Shown here piece by piece: positions 49,625-58,342 of a stretch of DNA of 64,000 nt (position 1 is the first letter of the stretch; every line of letters starts with the position of its first letter). The notes beneath the pieces were generated by a model. The model ran no database searches and had not been told where the DNA came from. It worked only from the letters and a program-made list of their open reading frames with translations. A program made the translations under genes and the position numbers. The DNA is from Polyangiaceae bacterium. GTDB lineage: Bacteria; Myxococcota_A; Polyangia; Polyangiales; Polyangiaceae. The stretch covers positions 1 through 64,000 of the forward strand of contig JBGANF010000002.1 of the NCBI GenBank assembly GCA_044222475.1. The letters are read 5' to 3'.

Positions 49625-52390
49625 GTGAGCAGCGACCTGCCTCCGGATGCCGGCAGCCGTGAAGTCGGCAAAGGCCGCGATGGCGGTACCCCCCCGCCGA
49701 CGCGGCCTTCGGGCAACGGCACCGTCGAAGAGGACGAGGACGAGGGCGCACCGGAGGTCCCGCCGGCCGCCGGAAGCTGGGTGGATCTCGCGAATCCGCC
49801 GTCGAGCGAGGGGCCCAGGCTCCGCGAGCGGCTTCGGGTCAAACCCGACGCGGTGACCGTCCGAACGGACCCGTCGTCCCTGCCCGAGACCCCGCGGGAG
49901 GGCATCGGCCTGTTCGACCTCGTCGGACCGGTCGCCCGGCGCGCGCTCGAGCTCGGGCTCGCCGCGCGTGAGCCGAGCTTCCACGTGTTCGTCGCCGCCG
50001 CCCCCGAGGTCATGATCGAAGACGACGTCGTGCGCTACGCCGAGCGGATGATCTCCCGGCCGGGGCGCGCTCTCGTCGCATCGGACGTCGCGTACGTCCA
50101 CGACTTCGAGCGCCCCGAGGCGCCGCGTCCTCTCCTGTTGCCACCCGGAGGTGCGCGCCGCCTCGCGAAGGCGCTCGACGCGGCGATCGAGCAGCTCGAC
50201 GAGCACCTCGCTCACATGGACGAGGTCGAAGAGCTCAAGGCCGCGCAGACTCACCTCGCGAAGGAGCTCGAGGCTTCGAACAAGGCGACGTTGACCGCGC
50301 TCGAGTCGACCGCGAAGAACCTCGGCTTCGGTGTTCGGAGCATCCAAGGGGGCGTCCAGACGTTCCCGATCCTCCACGGCAAGCCGCTCACGTCGGAGCA
50401 GTTCGAAGCGCTCGACGAATCGACGAAGCGCGCGCTCCACGCCGGCGAGCAGCGCCTCACCCACGAGGTCGAGCGCGCTGCGGCGGTCGTCGCCGAGAAC
50501 ACCGAGCGCTTCGCCGAGGCACGGCGCGACGCTCTCTCGCAGGTCGCGCACGCCCTCGTCGACGCGTCGATCGACGAGTGCCTCGCCGCCGTCGCCGACC
50601 TCGGCGACGAGGTGAAGAAGTTCGTCGAGCAAGCGCGAGCGGCGCTGAAGGAAGACTGGCCCGATCTTCTCGACGACGACGAGTCGAGCGGTGACGACAG
50701 CGACACCGAGAAGGGCGACGTCGATCCAGAGCACGCGCGCAGCCGCAACCGCTTCTGCGTGAACGTGTTCGTCGCCCGCGAGCCCGGCGCCGGCGCGCCG
50801 GTGGTGTACGACACCAACCCGACGTATCCCCATCTCTTCGGCTACCTCGAGCGGCGTGCGCGGTACGGCGCGCTCCTCACCGATTTCACCCGCATCCGCG
50901 CCGGCTCGCTGCAGCGCGCGTCCGGCGGCGTGCTCGTGGTCCGCGCGGCCGACGTCCTCGCCGATCCCATCATCTGGGAGCGGCTGAAGCGCGTCCTCCG
51001 CGAGCGGCGCATCGGCGCCGAGGATCCGCTCGGCCCGCTCGGCCTCTACGCGACTTCGCTCCGCCCGGTGCCGGTTCCGATCCGGGTGCGCGTCGTCCTC
51101 ATCGGTGCGCCGGAGCTCTACGCCGCGCTGCTCGACAACGATCCGGATTTCGCCGCGCTCTTCCGCGTGAAGGTGGAGTGCGAGCACTCGATCCCGCGGA
51201 CGATGGAGAACCTCCTCCGCCTCGACGGCTATCTCATGGCGATGGCGCGCGACCGCGAGTGGGGCCGCTTCGATCGCCCGGCGCGCGCGCGCCTACTCGA
51301 CCTCGCGACGAGGCTCGCCGGTGACCAAGAGCGCCTGGCGCTGAGCCTGACTCCCCTCGAGGAGACGGCCGCTTTCGCGAGCGCGCTCGCCGCCGCACGC
51401 GCGACGGGTGAGTCCGACGTTCCGCTCTCGCTCGGCGAGCGAAGCGATCAGGAGCCGAACCTGCATGCGTCCATTGCGCCGCCGTCCGTCGCGGTCATCA
51501 CCGCGGCCGACATCGAGCGCGCGTGGAGAGAGCGGCGCGAGCGCAACGGCTCGGCCGAGCGAACCTTCCGCGAGCTCACGCTGCGCGGCGAGGTCACGGT
51601 CGAGACGAAGGGCGCGCGCGTCGGTGTCGTCAACGGGCTCAGCGTCCTCTCCGTGGGTGACGTCGAGTTCGGTCAACCGATGCGGATCACCGCGGTCGTC
51701 GCGCTCGGTCGCGAAGGCCTCGTCGACGTCGAGCGCGAGGCGCAGCTCGGCGGGTCGATTCACACGAAGGGCGTCGCGATCCTCCGCGGATACCTCGGGA
51801 AGATCTTCGGGCAGGAGCGCCCGTTGAGCCTGCGCGCCCAGATCGCGTTCGAGCAGAGCTACGGGGAGATCGACGGCGACAGCGCGTCCTCGGCCGAGCT
51901 CATCGCGGTTCTCTCCGCGCTGGCCGACGTCCCCATCGACCAGAGCCTCGCGCTCACCGGCAGCGTCAACCAGCTCGGCGACATGCAGACGATCGGCGGC
52001 ATCTGCGCCAAGATCGAGGGCTACTTCGACCTCTGCCAAGCCCGCGGGCTGAGCGGAACCCAAGGCATCGTGATGCCGCGCCAGAACCTGCCGCACCTGG
52101 TGCTCCGCGACGACGTGCGGGAAGCGATCGACGCGGGTCGGTTCCATCTCTACGCCGTGTCCACGGTCGAAGAAGCGGTCGAGGTGCTCACCGGCATCGC
52201 GGCCGGCGTGCGCGACTCGGCCGGTCGGTTCCCGGCGGCGAGCGTGTTCGGCCGCGTCGAGCGGCGGTTGATCGAGATCGCCGAGCGCCTGCGCGAGGCC
52301 GAGGCTCACGCGACGCACCACGAAACGCCCCGCGAGGATCCGGGCTCGGACGCCGAGCTTCCCGAAGGTCCCGACTTCCGCGTGCGGTGA
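49625..52390 (+). CDS. Lon-like protease (LonC/YcbZ-type)
   Basis: NPTY..LFG, VNGLSV, FEQSYGEIDGDSAS and KIEG motifs; Ser-Lys dyad 43 residues apart. Confidence 0.88.
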   Translation: MSSDLPPDAGSREVGKGRDGGTPPPTRPSGNGTVEEDEDEGAPEVPPAAGSWVDLANPPSSEGPRLRERLRVKPDAVTVRTDPSSLPETPREGIGLFDLVGPVARRALELGLAAREPSFHVFVAAAPEVMIEDDVVRYAERMISRPGRALVASDVAYVHDFERPEAPRPLLLPPGGARRLAKALDAAIEQLDEHLAHMDEVEELKAAQTHLAKELEASNKATLTALESTAKNLGFGVRSIQGGVQTFPILHGKPLTSEQFEALDESTKRALHAGEQRLTHEVERAAAVVAENTERFAEARRDALSQVAHALVDASIDECLAAVADLGDEVKKFVEQARAALKEDWPDLLDDDESSGDDSDTEKGDVDPEHARSRNRFCVNVFVAREPGAGAPVVYDTNPTYPHLFGYLERRARYGALLTDFTRIRAGSLQRASGGVLVVRAADVLADPIIWERLKRVLRERRIGAEDPLGPLGLYATSLRPVPVPIRVRVVLIGAPELYAALLDNDPDFAALFRVKVECEHSIPRTMENLLRLDGYLMAMARDREWGRFDRPARARLLDLATRLAGDQERLALSLTPLEETAAFASALAAARATGESDVPLSLGERSDQEPNLHASIAPPSVAVITAADIERAWRERRERNGSAERTFRELTLRGEVTVETKGARVGVVNGLSVLSVGDVEFGQPMRITAVVALGREGLVDVEREAQLGGSIHTKGVAILRGYLGKIFGQERPLSLRAQIAFEQSYGEIDGDSASSAELIAVLSALADVPIDQSLALTGSVNQLGDMQTIGGICAKIEGYFDLCQARGLSGTQGIVMPRQNLPHLVLRDDVREAIDAGRFHLYAVSTVEEAVEVLTGIAAGVRDSAGRFPAASVFGRVERRLIEIAERLREAEAHATHHETPREDPGSDAELPEGPDFRVR

Positions 52391-53514
52391 GCGCTGGATC
52401 GCCCATGCAACCCGGAGCGAGCCCGCTGCGCGCGATCTTTCGGGACGAGCTCGCCGACCTCGCGCCTTACGTGCCGAAGTCGCCGCCGGGCGTCGAGGTA
52501 CGGCTCGACGCGAACGAGGCGCCGCCGTGCGCCGCTCCCGAGCTGCGCGAGGCGCTGCGCGCCGCTGCCGCCGAGCTTCGCCTCGAGCGGTACCCCGACC
52601 CGCGAGCGACGGAGCTGCGTGCGCTGCTCGCGGCTCGATACGGGTGTGCTCCCGACGATCTCGTCTGCGGAACCGGCTCGGACGAGGTCATCTCGATCGT
52701 GGCGACGGCTTGCGCGCGCCGACGCGAGAAGCTGCCTCAGCCGGTCGTCCTCACGCCGACGCCGACGTTCGTCATGTACCGCGTGACGTCGCGCGCGCAC
52801 GGGTACAAGGTCGTCGAGGTTCCGCTCGACCGCGCGTGGCAGGTCGAGGTCCCGGTGATGGTGCGCGCGATCGAGATGATGACGCCCAACGTCGTCTACG
52901 TCGCGACGCCGAACAACCCGACCGGCGTGCGCGAGCCGATCGAGACGCTCCGCGCGGTCGCGACCGCGGCGGAGGCCATTGGCGCGCTCTTCGTCATCGA
53001 CGAGGCCTACGGCGAGTTCGCGAACGAGAGCGCCGCCGCGCTCCGGCGCGAGTTCACGAACGTGGGTGTGCTGCGTACGCTGAGCAAGATCGGCCTGGCG
53101 GCGCTTCGGGTCGGCACGCTCGAGGCGTCGACCGAGGTCGTCTCGATGCTCGAGCGCGCGCGCCAGCCGTTCAACATGGACGCGCTCGCGCAAGCGGCGG
53201 CGGTGCGGATCCTGCGAGACGCGGGGGCCGCGCTCGAGGCTCACGTCGCCGCGATCCGGGCCGAGCGCACCCGCGTGTTCACCGAGCTTCGCGCCATGGA
53301 CCGGCTCGATGTCGTCCCGTCCGAGGCGAACTTCCACTGGGTCCGCACGGCGCGCCCGGCGGGGGAGGTCTGGGACGAGCTCGTGGCGGCTGGGATCCTC
53401 GTTCGCAGCTTCCACGAGCGGGGAGGTAGGCTGGCCCACATGCTCCGCGTGACGGTGGGAACCGCGGCCGAGAACGATCGATTCCTGGAGGCGATCCGCC
53501 GATGCGCTGGTTGA
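52387..53514 (+). CDS. hisC: histidinol-phosphate aminotransferase
   Basis: LDANE, RYPD, GSDE, PNNPTG, DEAY and RTLSK motifs. Confidence 0.9.
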   Translation: MSAGSPMQPGASPLRAIFRDELADLAPYVPKSPPGVEVRLDANEAPPCAAPELREALRAAAAELRLERYPDPRATELRALLAARYGCAPDDLVCGTGSDEVISIVATACARRREKLPQPVVLTPTPTFVMYRVTSRAHGYKVVEVPLDRAWQVEVPVMVRAIEMMTPNVVYVATPNNPTGVREPIETLRAVATAAEAIGALFVIDEAYGEFANESAAALRREFTNVGVLRTLSKIGLAALRVGTLEASTEVVSMLERARQPFNMDALAQAAAVRILRDAGAALEAHVAAIRAERTRVFTELRAMDRLDVVPSEANFHWVRTARPAGEVWDELVAAGILVRSFHERGGRLAHMLRVTVGTAAENDRFLEAIRRCAG

Positions 53515-55013
53515 AGCTGCTCCTCTGTGGGGCCGCCCTCGCGGCGTGCGCCGGCCGCGACACGACGGTCGCGCGAGTCGTCGACGATCGTACCATTGTG
53601 GGACGATGGGTCGCGCCGGAGGCGTACCAGCTGTTCCTCCGTGGGTCGATCTCCGAGAGCGCCGGGAACCTCGACGACGCGATCTCGGCGTACGACGCGC
53701 TCGTCACCTGGGACGACGCGGATCCCGAGGTCTTCGCTCGGCTCGCGATGGTGCGGTGCACGAAGAACCCGGCCGATCCGGCCGCGAAGGTCGCGCTCGG
53801 TAGGGCTTTCGCCCTCGACCCGAGCTACGGACCGGCGTTCGAGGCCCGAGCGCGTTGCGGCGGAGGCTCAGCGGACCTCGGAAGAGCGGCCGCGGCGGAG
53901 CCCCGTTGGCTTCCGCTCCAGATCGCGGCGGCGACGGTCGACGGCGGCAGCGAGGCCGCACTCCTCGCCATCACTCTGCGGTTCGCCACGGCTCCGGCGG
54001 CGTGGGAAGCGCTCGCGACGTACGCCTTTGCGCACGGCGCCCGGGCCCTCGGGGTGCACGCTTCGGTCGAGTTGGCTCGGCTTTCGCCGATGCGTGTCGG
54101 GCTCCTCCACCGCTTCGCGACGACGCTCGCTGGGGACGGAGCTCTGACCGAAGCGCGCCGCGTCGCGGCCGCGGCGGTCGACGCCCGCGACGACGTGCGA
54201 CGCGGAGGTGCGCCTCCGCCGCCGGCGCTCGTGGCGCGCCTCGCGATCGACGAGGCGCTCGTTCGCGGCGATGCGACACTCGCAGTCCACCGAGCCGCGT
54301 CCGGGAGGGTCGCCGTCAGTGAAGCCGCGGCGCGAGCGCTCCTCCTTGGCCAGCGGGACGCGGCGAGCGAGATCGCCAAGACGATCGCCGCTGCCGATGA
54401 AGCCGACGCGGGAGCGCGCCTCGTCCTCGTCGCGCTGACCGCCGGTGCCGGGACGGCGCCGCCGATGGCGGCCGCCCCGGTGTCGGCCGCGGCGTGCGCC
54501 GGCTATCTGCGAGCAATCGCGACGCGCGACGGTACGCTGGCAGCCCGTCGAGCGGCGGCACCGGTGCGGTGCGAGGCGGCGATCGACGGCGACGGCCTCG
54601 TGGCTCGCGTTCAAGCCGATCTCGCGGCGCGCGAGGTCGTCGCCGACGACACCATCGGAATCGAGGCGCGGATCGAGCTCGCCGCCCGTCGTGACGACAA
54701 GGCGATCGCGTTCGACGTGTCACGCGTCGACCGCCGCCACGCGCTACTCGCGTCGGCGCTGCGCGGAGAGGAGATCCCACGCGGGCTCACCGACGATCCG
54801 TTGCTCGCCGCCGCGCAGCTCATCTCGCAGAGCAAACGAAGCGCGCCGATCGGCGACGACGAGCGCACGCACGCCGAGTCGATCGCCAAGGACGACGCGC
54901 TGCTCACCGCCGCGCTCGTGGCCGTCGTCTCACCGGAGAGGAAACCGGCGCTGCGAGCGAGGCTCCTCTCGATCGCAGCGACCGATGCCGAGCGTCGCCT
55001 GGCGCGAGAGTGA
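53502..55013 (+). CDS. Ala-rich helical (TPR-like) lipoprotein
   Basis: LAAC lipobox, N-terminal TPR-like helices; overlaps the hisC end. Confidence 0.7.
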   Translation: MRWLKLLLCGAALAACAGRDTTVARVVDDRTIVGRWVAPEAYQLFLRGSISESAGNLDDAISAYDALVTWDDADPEVFARLAMVRCTKNPADPAAKVALGRAFALDPSYGPAFEARARCGGGSADLGRAAAAEPRWLPLQIAAATVDGGSEAALLAITLRFATAPAAWEALATYAFAHGARALGVHASVELARLSPMRVGLLHRFATTLAGDGALTEARRVAAAAVDARDDVRRGGAPPPPALVARLAIDEALVRGDATLAVHRAASGRVAVSEAAARALLLGQRDAASEIAKTIAAADEADAGARLVLVALTAGAGTAPPMAAAPVSAAACAGYLRAIATRDGTLAARRAAAPVRCEAAIDGDGLVARVQADLAAREVVADDTIGIEARIELAARRDDKAIAFDVSRVDRRHALLASALRGEEIPRGLTDDPLLAAAQLISQSKRSAPIGDDERTHAESIAKDDALLTAALVAVVSPERKPALRARLLSIAATDAERRLARE

Positions 55014-55015
55014 AC

Positions 55016-55240
55016 CCGTACCAACGCCTCTCGCGCCGCCCGCCGGCGTCCCCATTCCCGAGCGGGCTGCCGGCTAACAATCCTCCGCGATCCCGAGTGG
55101 AGCGACCCGTCCCGTTCCGGATTCGTTAGCCGGCGCCCACTCCGGCGCAGTGGAGGTGGCGCGGTGGCGGCACGTCCGTTGGCGCGCCACCGGTTCGGTT
55201 CGCGGGACGCGGTGTTTTGTGGGGTCCGGCGTTGGAACGG
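55016..55240. other. nested inverted-repeat element (candidate structured RNA or MITE)
   Basis: 13-bp terminal IR (12/13 match) enclosing two long hairpins. Confidence 0.5.
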
Positions 55241-55259
55241 ATGATGCGAGGCGGTTCGC

Positions 55260-55823
55260 ATGGACTGCGTAGTATTCGCCACCAAACGCGCGCACCTCTC
55301 GTACACCATCCACGCCAATCGCCACTTGGCGAAGTGGAACCTCACCGCGGCTCGCGTGGATCTGTTCGTTTGCCATCGGTCCGTCCTTCGAGTTCATGGT
55401 GTCGTCTACCAACGCGACCTCTGCGCACGCCTCGGGGTCTCTCGCGCGACCGTGGCCGTCATGCTCCGCCGAATGGAGAAACGCGGGCTCGTCGAGCGCC
55501 GCCGAAGCGACGGCGACCGACGAAAGGTCGTCGTCGCGATCACCCCCGCGGGGTATGCCGCGTTCGATCGGGCGCGCCATCTCGTCGACCGCGTCTATCG
55601 CGAGGTCGTCGATTCGACACTTCTCTTCGTCGAATTCGAGCAGCCAGTGCGCGCGAAGCGCGCACGATTCCTCCTCTATCTCGACACGCTGCGCACGACA
55701 TTCGGCGATTTGACCGTCAATCCCTACTCGATCGAAACCGGCCCCGTCGGTCCCACTGCCGAGGCACGAGATGGGCCGACGCGGGCCCTCGTCGAGGACC
55801 TCCTGCGGAAGTTCGTCGCCTGA
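55260..55823 (+). CDS. MarR-family winged-helix regulator
   Basis: LTAARVDL, QRDLCARLGVSRATV..MLRRME.RGLV.R and DRR...ITPAG motifs. Confidence 0.8.
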   Translation: MDCVVFATKRAHLSYTIHANRHLAKWNLTAARVDLFVCHRSVLRVHGVVYQRDLCARLGVSRATVAVMLRRMEKRGLVERRRSDGDRRKVVVAITPAGYAAFDRARHLVDRVYREVVDSTLLFVEFEQPVRAKRARFLLYLDTLRTTFGDLTVNPYSIETGPVGPTAEARDGPTRALVEDLLRKFVA

Positions 55824-55824
55824 C

Positions 55825-56787
55825 TCAGGGAAGTACGGGCGCGCGGTCCAGGCTGCGCGGGCGCGGCGCGACCTTCGCATATGGGATCGTCAGGTCGACC
55901 TTGGTGACGATGCCCGCTTGAACGTCGACCTCTTTGCGGACGTCCTGCTGAGGAGCGCCGCCGTCGCTCGAGATCTCGATGAACGGATGGAGCGCGCCGA
56001 CCGTGAGCTTGCCGACCGGCACGTTGTCGATCCGGTAGTGCCCGGATGTATCCGTGACCGCGTGGAGGCGGTGGCCGATGACGAACACGTCGATCTCCAT
56101 CCACTGATGGCTCGTACGCTCGATCACGCGGTAGCGCCCCAACTTGGTCGGGTAAAGCTTGACCGGGTCGCTCTTCGGTGCGGCCATCATCAGCGCCGGG
56201 GCAGGCTCGTTCTCGAGCTCGGGCGCGAAGGACTCCTGGGTGAGGTTGAGCACCTCGAGCGCTTGGCCAAGGGTGAGCACCACCGTGCGCTGGCTGTACG
56301 CGCAGTTCTCGATCGTGACCCGCTGCGACTCGTGGGCTTCGGGGAGGTAGAACCCGGAGTAGCCGGTGATGCCGACCATCGCGTCAGCGAGAGGGCGTTT
56401 GCCGTCCCGAAGCGGAGCGCCTTCGCGGAATTGTTTGCCGTATACCGCCGCCGCCGCCGGGCAGCCGTCGAAGCTCTTGCCCATCTGCGGGGGCGCCGGG
56501 TCGCCGGTGACGAAGATCGTCCCCTCGACAGTGCCGGTCGGCCCGGAGTAGGGGGGCAGCCCGTTCGGGTTCACCGCCGCCATGACGGCCGCGGACGTGA
56601 TGGGGAGCGCGTTCGCCGGCTTGGTGGGCGGTGCACTGGATGCCAACGGCGTTGACGAAGACCCCATCGGGGTCGGCGTCGGCTGTGTCTTGCACGCGGA
56701 GGCGCCGCACACGAGGGCAGAGATGCCAACGAAGGTGGCGATCGAGCGCGATTTTCGGGCGATTCGGAGCATGTCGGGCCCCATCAT
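55825..56787 (-). CDS. lipoprotein with cupredoxin-like and carboxypeptidase-regulatory-like domains
   Basis: ASAC lipobox, GTVEG, HQWM and AVTDTSGHYRIDNVPVG motifs; start uncertain. Confidence 0.7.
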   Translation of the reverse strand: MMGPDMLRIARKSRSIATFVGISALVCGASACKTQPTPTPMGSSSTPLASSAPPTKPANALPITSAAVMAAVNPNGLPPYSGPTGTVEGTIFVTGDPAPPQMGKSFDGCPAAAAVYGKQFREGAPLRDGKRPLADAMVGITGYSGFYLPEAHESQRVTIENCAYSQRTVVLTLGQALEVLNLTQESFAPELENEPAPALMMAAPKSDPVKLYPTKLGRYRVIERTSHQWMEIDVFVIGHRLHAVTDTSGHYRIDNVPVGKLTVGALHPFIEISSDGGAPQQDVRKEVDVQAGIVTKVDLTIPYAKVAPRPRSLDRAPVLP

Positions 56788-56805
56788 GCCAGTCCCGTAC
56801 CGATC

Positions 56806-58341
56806 TCAGGTAGGCGAGAGGCCGGTGGCCGCATCGACGACGACGTCGAGCGAGCGACCCGGCATCAGCCCCAGCGCGATGACGAGGATGGCGCTGAAGA
56901 TGAGCGCCGCGGTGACGTAGCCGGACTTCATCGGCTTTGCGACCGGAGCGCCGGCCGCCGGCTCGCGCATGTACATGTAAACGAGCACGCGGAGGTAGTA
57001 GTACGCGCCCAGTACGCTGTTCACGAGACCGATGACGGTCAGCCAGGTGTAGCCGCCGTCCATCGCGGCGCGGAAGATGAACCACTTCCCGAAGAAGCCT
57101 GCGGTCGGCGGGATGCCGGCTAACGAAAGTAGGAAGAGCGCGAACGGCAGGGCAGCCGCGGGGTGGCGGCGGCCGATTCCGGCGAGGTCCTCGTAGCTGA
57201 CCGCCTCGGCTCCCTTCGAGCCGCAGAGGATCAGCGCTCCAAACGCGCCGGCCGTCGAGACGGTGTAGGTGAGGAGGTAGAACATCACCGACGCGCTCGC
57301 CTGTTGCTGAGCGCGCCCCATCGCCACGACCCCGACGAGGAGATAGCCGGCGTGCGCGATGCTCGAGTACGCGAGCATGCGCTTGACCGACTCCTGCCGA
57401 CCCGCGATCAGGTTGGCGACCGTCATCGTGACGACGGCGAGCATCGCGACGACGGGCGGCCATCCGCTCGTCCAGGACGCGAGGTGATCGTCGCCGAGGA
57501 CGGTGAGGAGCACACGCAGCATCATCGCGAACGCGCCGCCCTTGACCGCCACGGCCATGTACGTCGTCGCCGGCGTCGGCGCACCTTCGTACGCATCCGG
57601 CGTCCACATGTGGAACGGAACGGCCGACACCTTGAAGGCGAGCCCGGCGAGCACGAGGATGATCGCGAACACGACCATCGGCCCGACGGCCTCCTTCGCC
57701 ATCACTGGCGCGTCCGCCGGAGTCTCGCCACCGGCGAGCGACTTCAGCCCCGCACCGAGGCCCACCAAGTCGGTGTGACCGGTGGCGCCATAGAGCAGCG
57801 CGAAGCCGAAGAGGAGCAGCGCCGCGGCGAACGAGCCGAGGAGGAAGTACTTCATCCCGCCTTCGGCCGAGCGCGGCGAAGTGCGGCGGAACGCGGTGAG
57901 CGCGTACGCGCCGATGCTCATCGTCTCGAGCCCGAGGACGAGGACCAGGAGGTCGCCAGCGGCCGCGAGCATCATCGCTCCGAACGTCGAGAACAGCAGG
58001 AGCGTGTAGAACTCGCCGCGCTCCAGGTTGTGCTCGGGGAGGTACCCGCCCGCGAGGAGCGACGCGAGCGCGCCGCCGAGGCAGAGCAGCACGTCGAAGA
58101 AGAGCGAGAAGCGATCGACGTTGAGCCAGGGCGACAGCGCCTCGAGCCCCTTGAGGTGCTCGACGCCGTACAGCCAGAGCCCGGCCGCGCACGCGCCGGA
58201 GGCGACGAAGACCATCGTCGCGCCGAGCGCCAGCCCGGACGCGCCGTCGCTTCGAACCTTCCCGAACGCCTCGGAGAGCATCAGGAGGAGGGTTCCCAGT
58301 CCGAGGACGAGGAACGGCGAGAGAGCGAACGCGAGATCCAT
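56806..58341 (-). CDS. nuoN: NADH-quinone oxidoreductase subunit N
   Basis: EGGMKYFLLG, FKVSAVPFHMWTPDAYEGAP and KRMLAYSSIAH motifs. Confidence 0.95.
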   Translation of the reverse strand: MDLAFALSPFLVLGLGTLLLMLSEAFGKVRSDGASGLALGATMVFVASGACAAGLWLYGVEHLKGLEALSPWLNVDRFSLFFDVLLCLGGALASLLAGGYLPEHNLERGEFYTLLLFSTFGAMMLAAAGDLLVLVLGLETMSIGAYALTAFRRTSPRSAEGGMKYFLLGSFAAALLLFGFALLYGATGHTDLVGLGAGLKSLAGGETPADAPVMAKEAVGPMVVFAIILVLAGLAFKVSAVPFHMWTPDAYEGAPTPATTYMAVAVKGGAFAMMLRVLLTVLGDDHLASWTSGWPPVVAMLAVVTMTVANLIAGRQESVKRMLAYSSIAHAGYLLVGVVAMGRAQQQASASVMFYLLTYTVSTAGAFGALILCGSKGAEAVSYEDLAGIGRRHPAAALPFALFLLSLAGIPPTAGFFGKWFIFRAAMDGGYTWLTVIGLVNSVLGAYYYLRVLVYMYMREPAAGAPVAKPMKSGYVTAALIFSAILVIALGLMPGRSLDVVVDAATGLSPT

Positions 58342-58342
58342 G

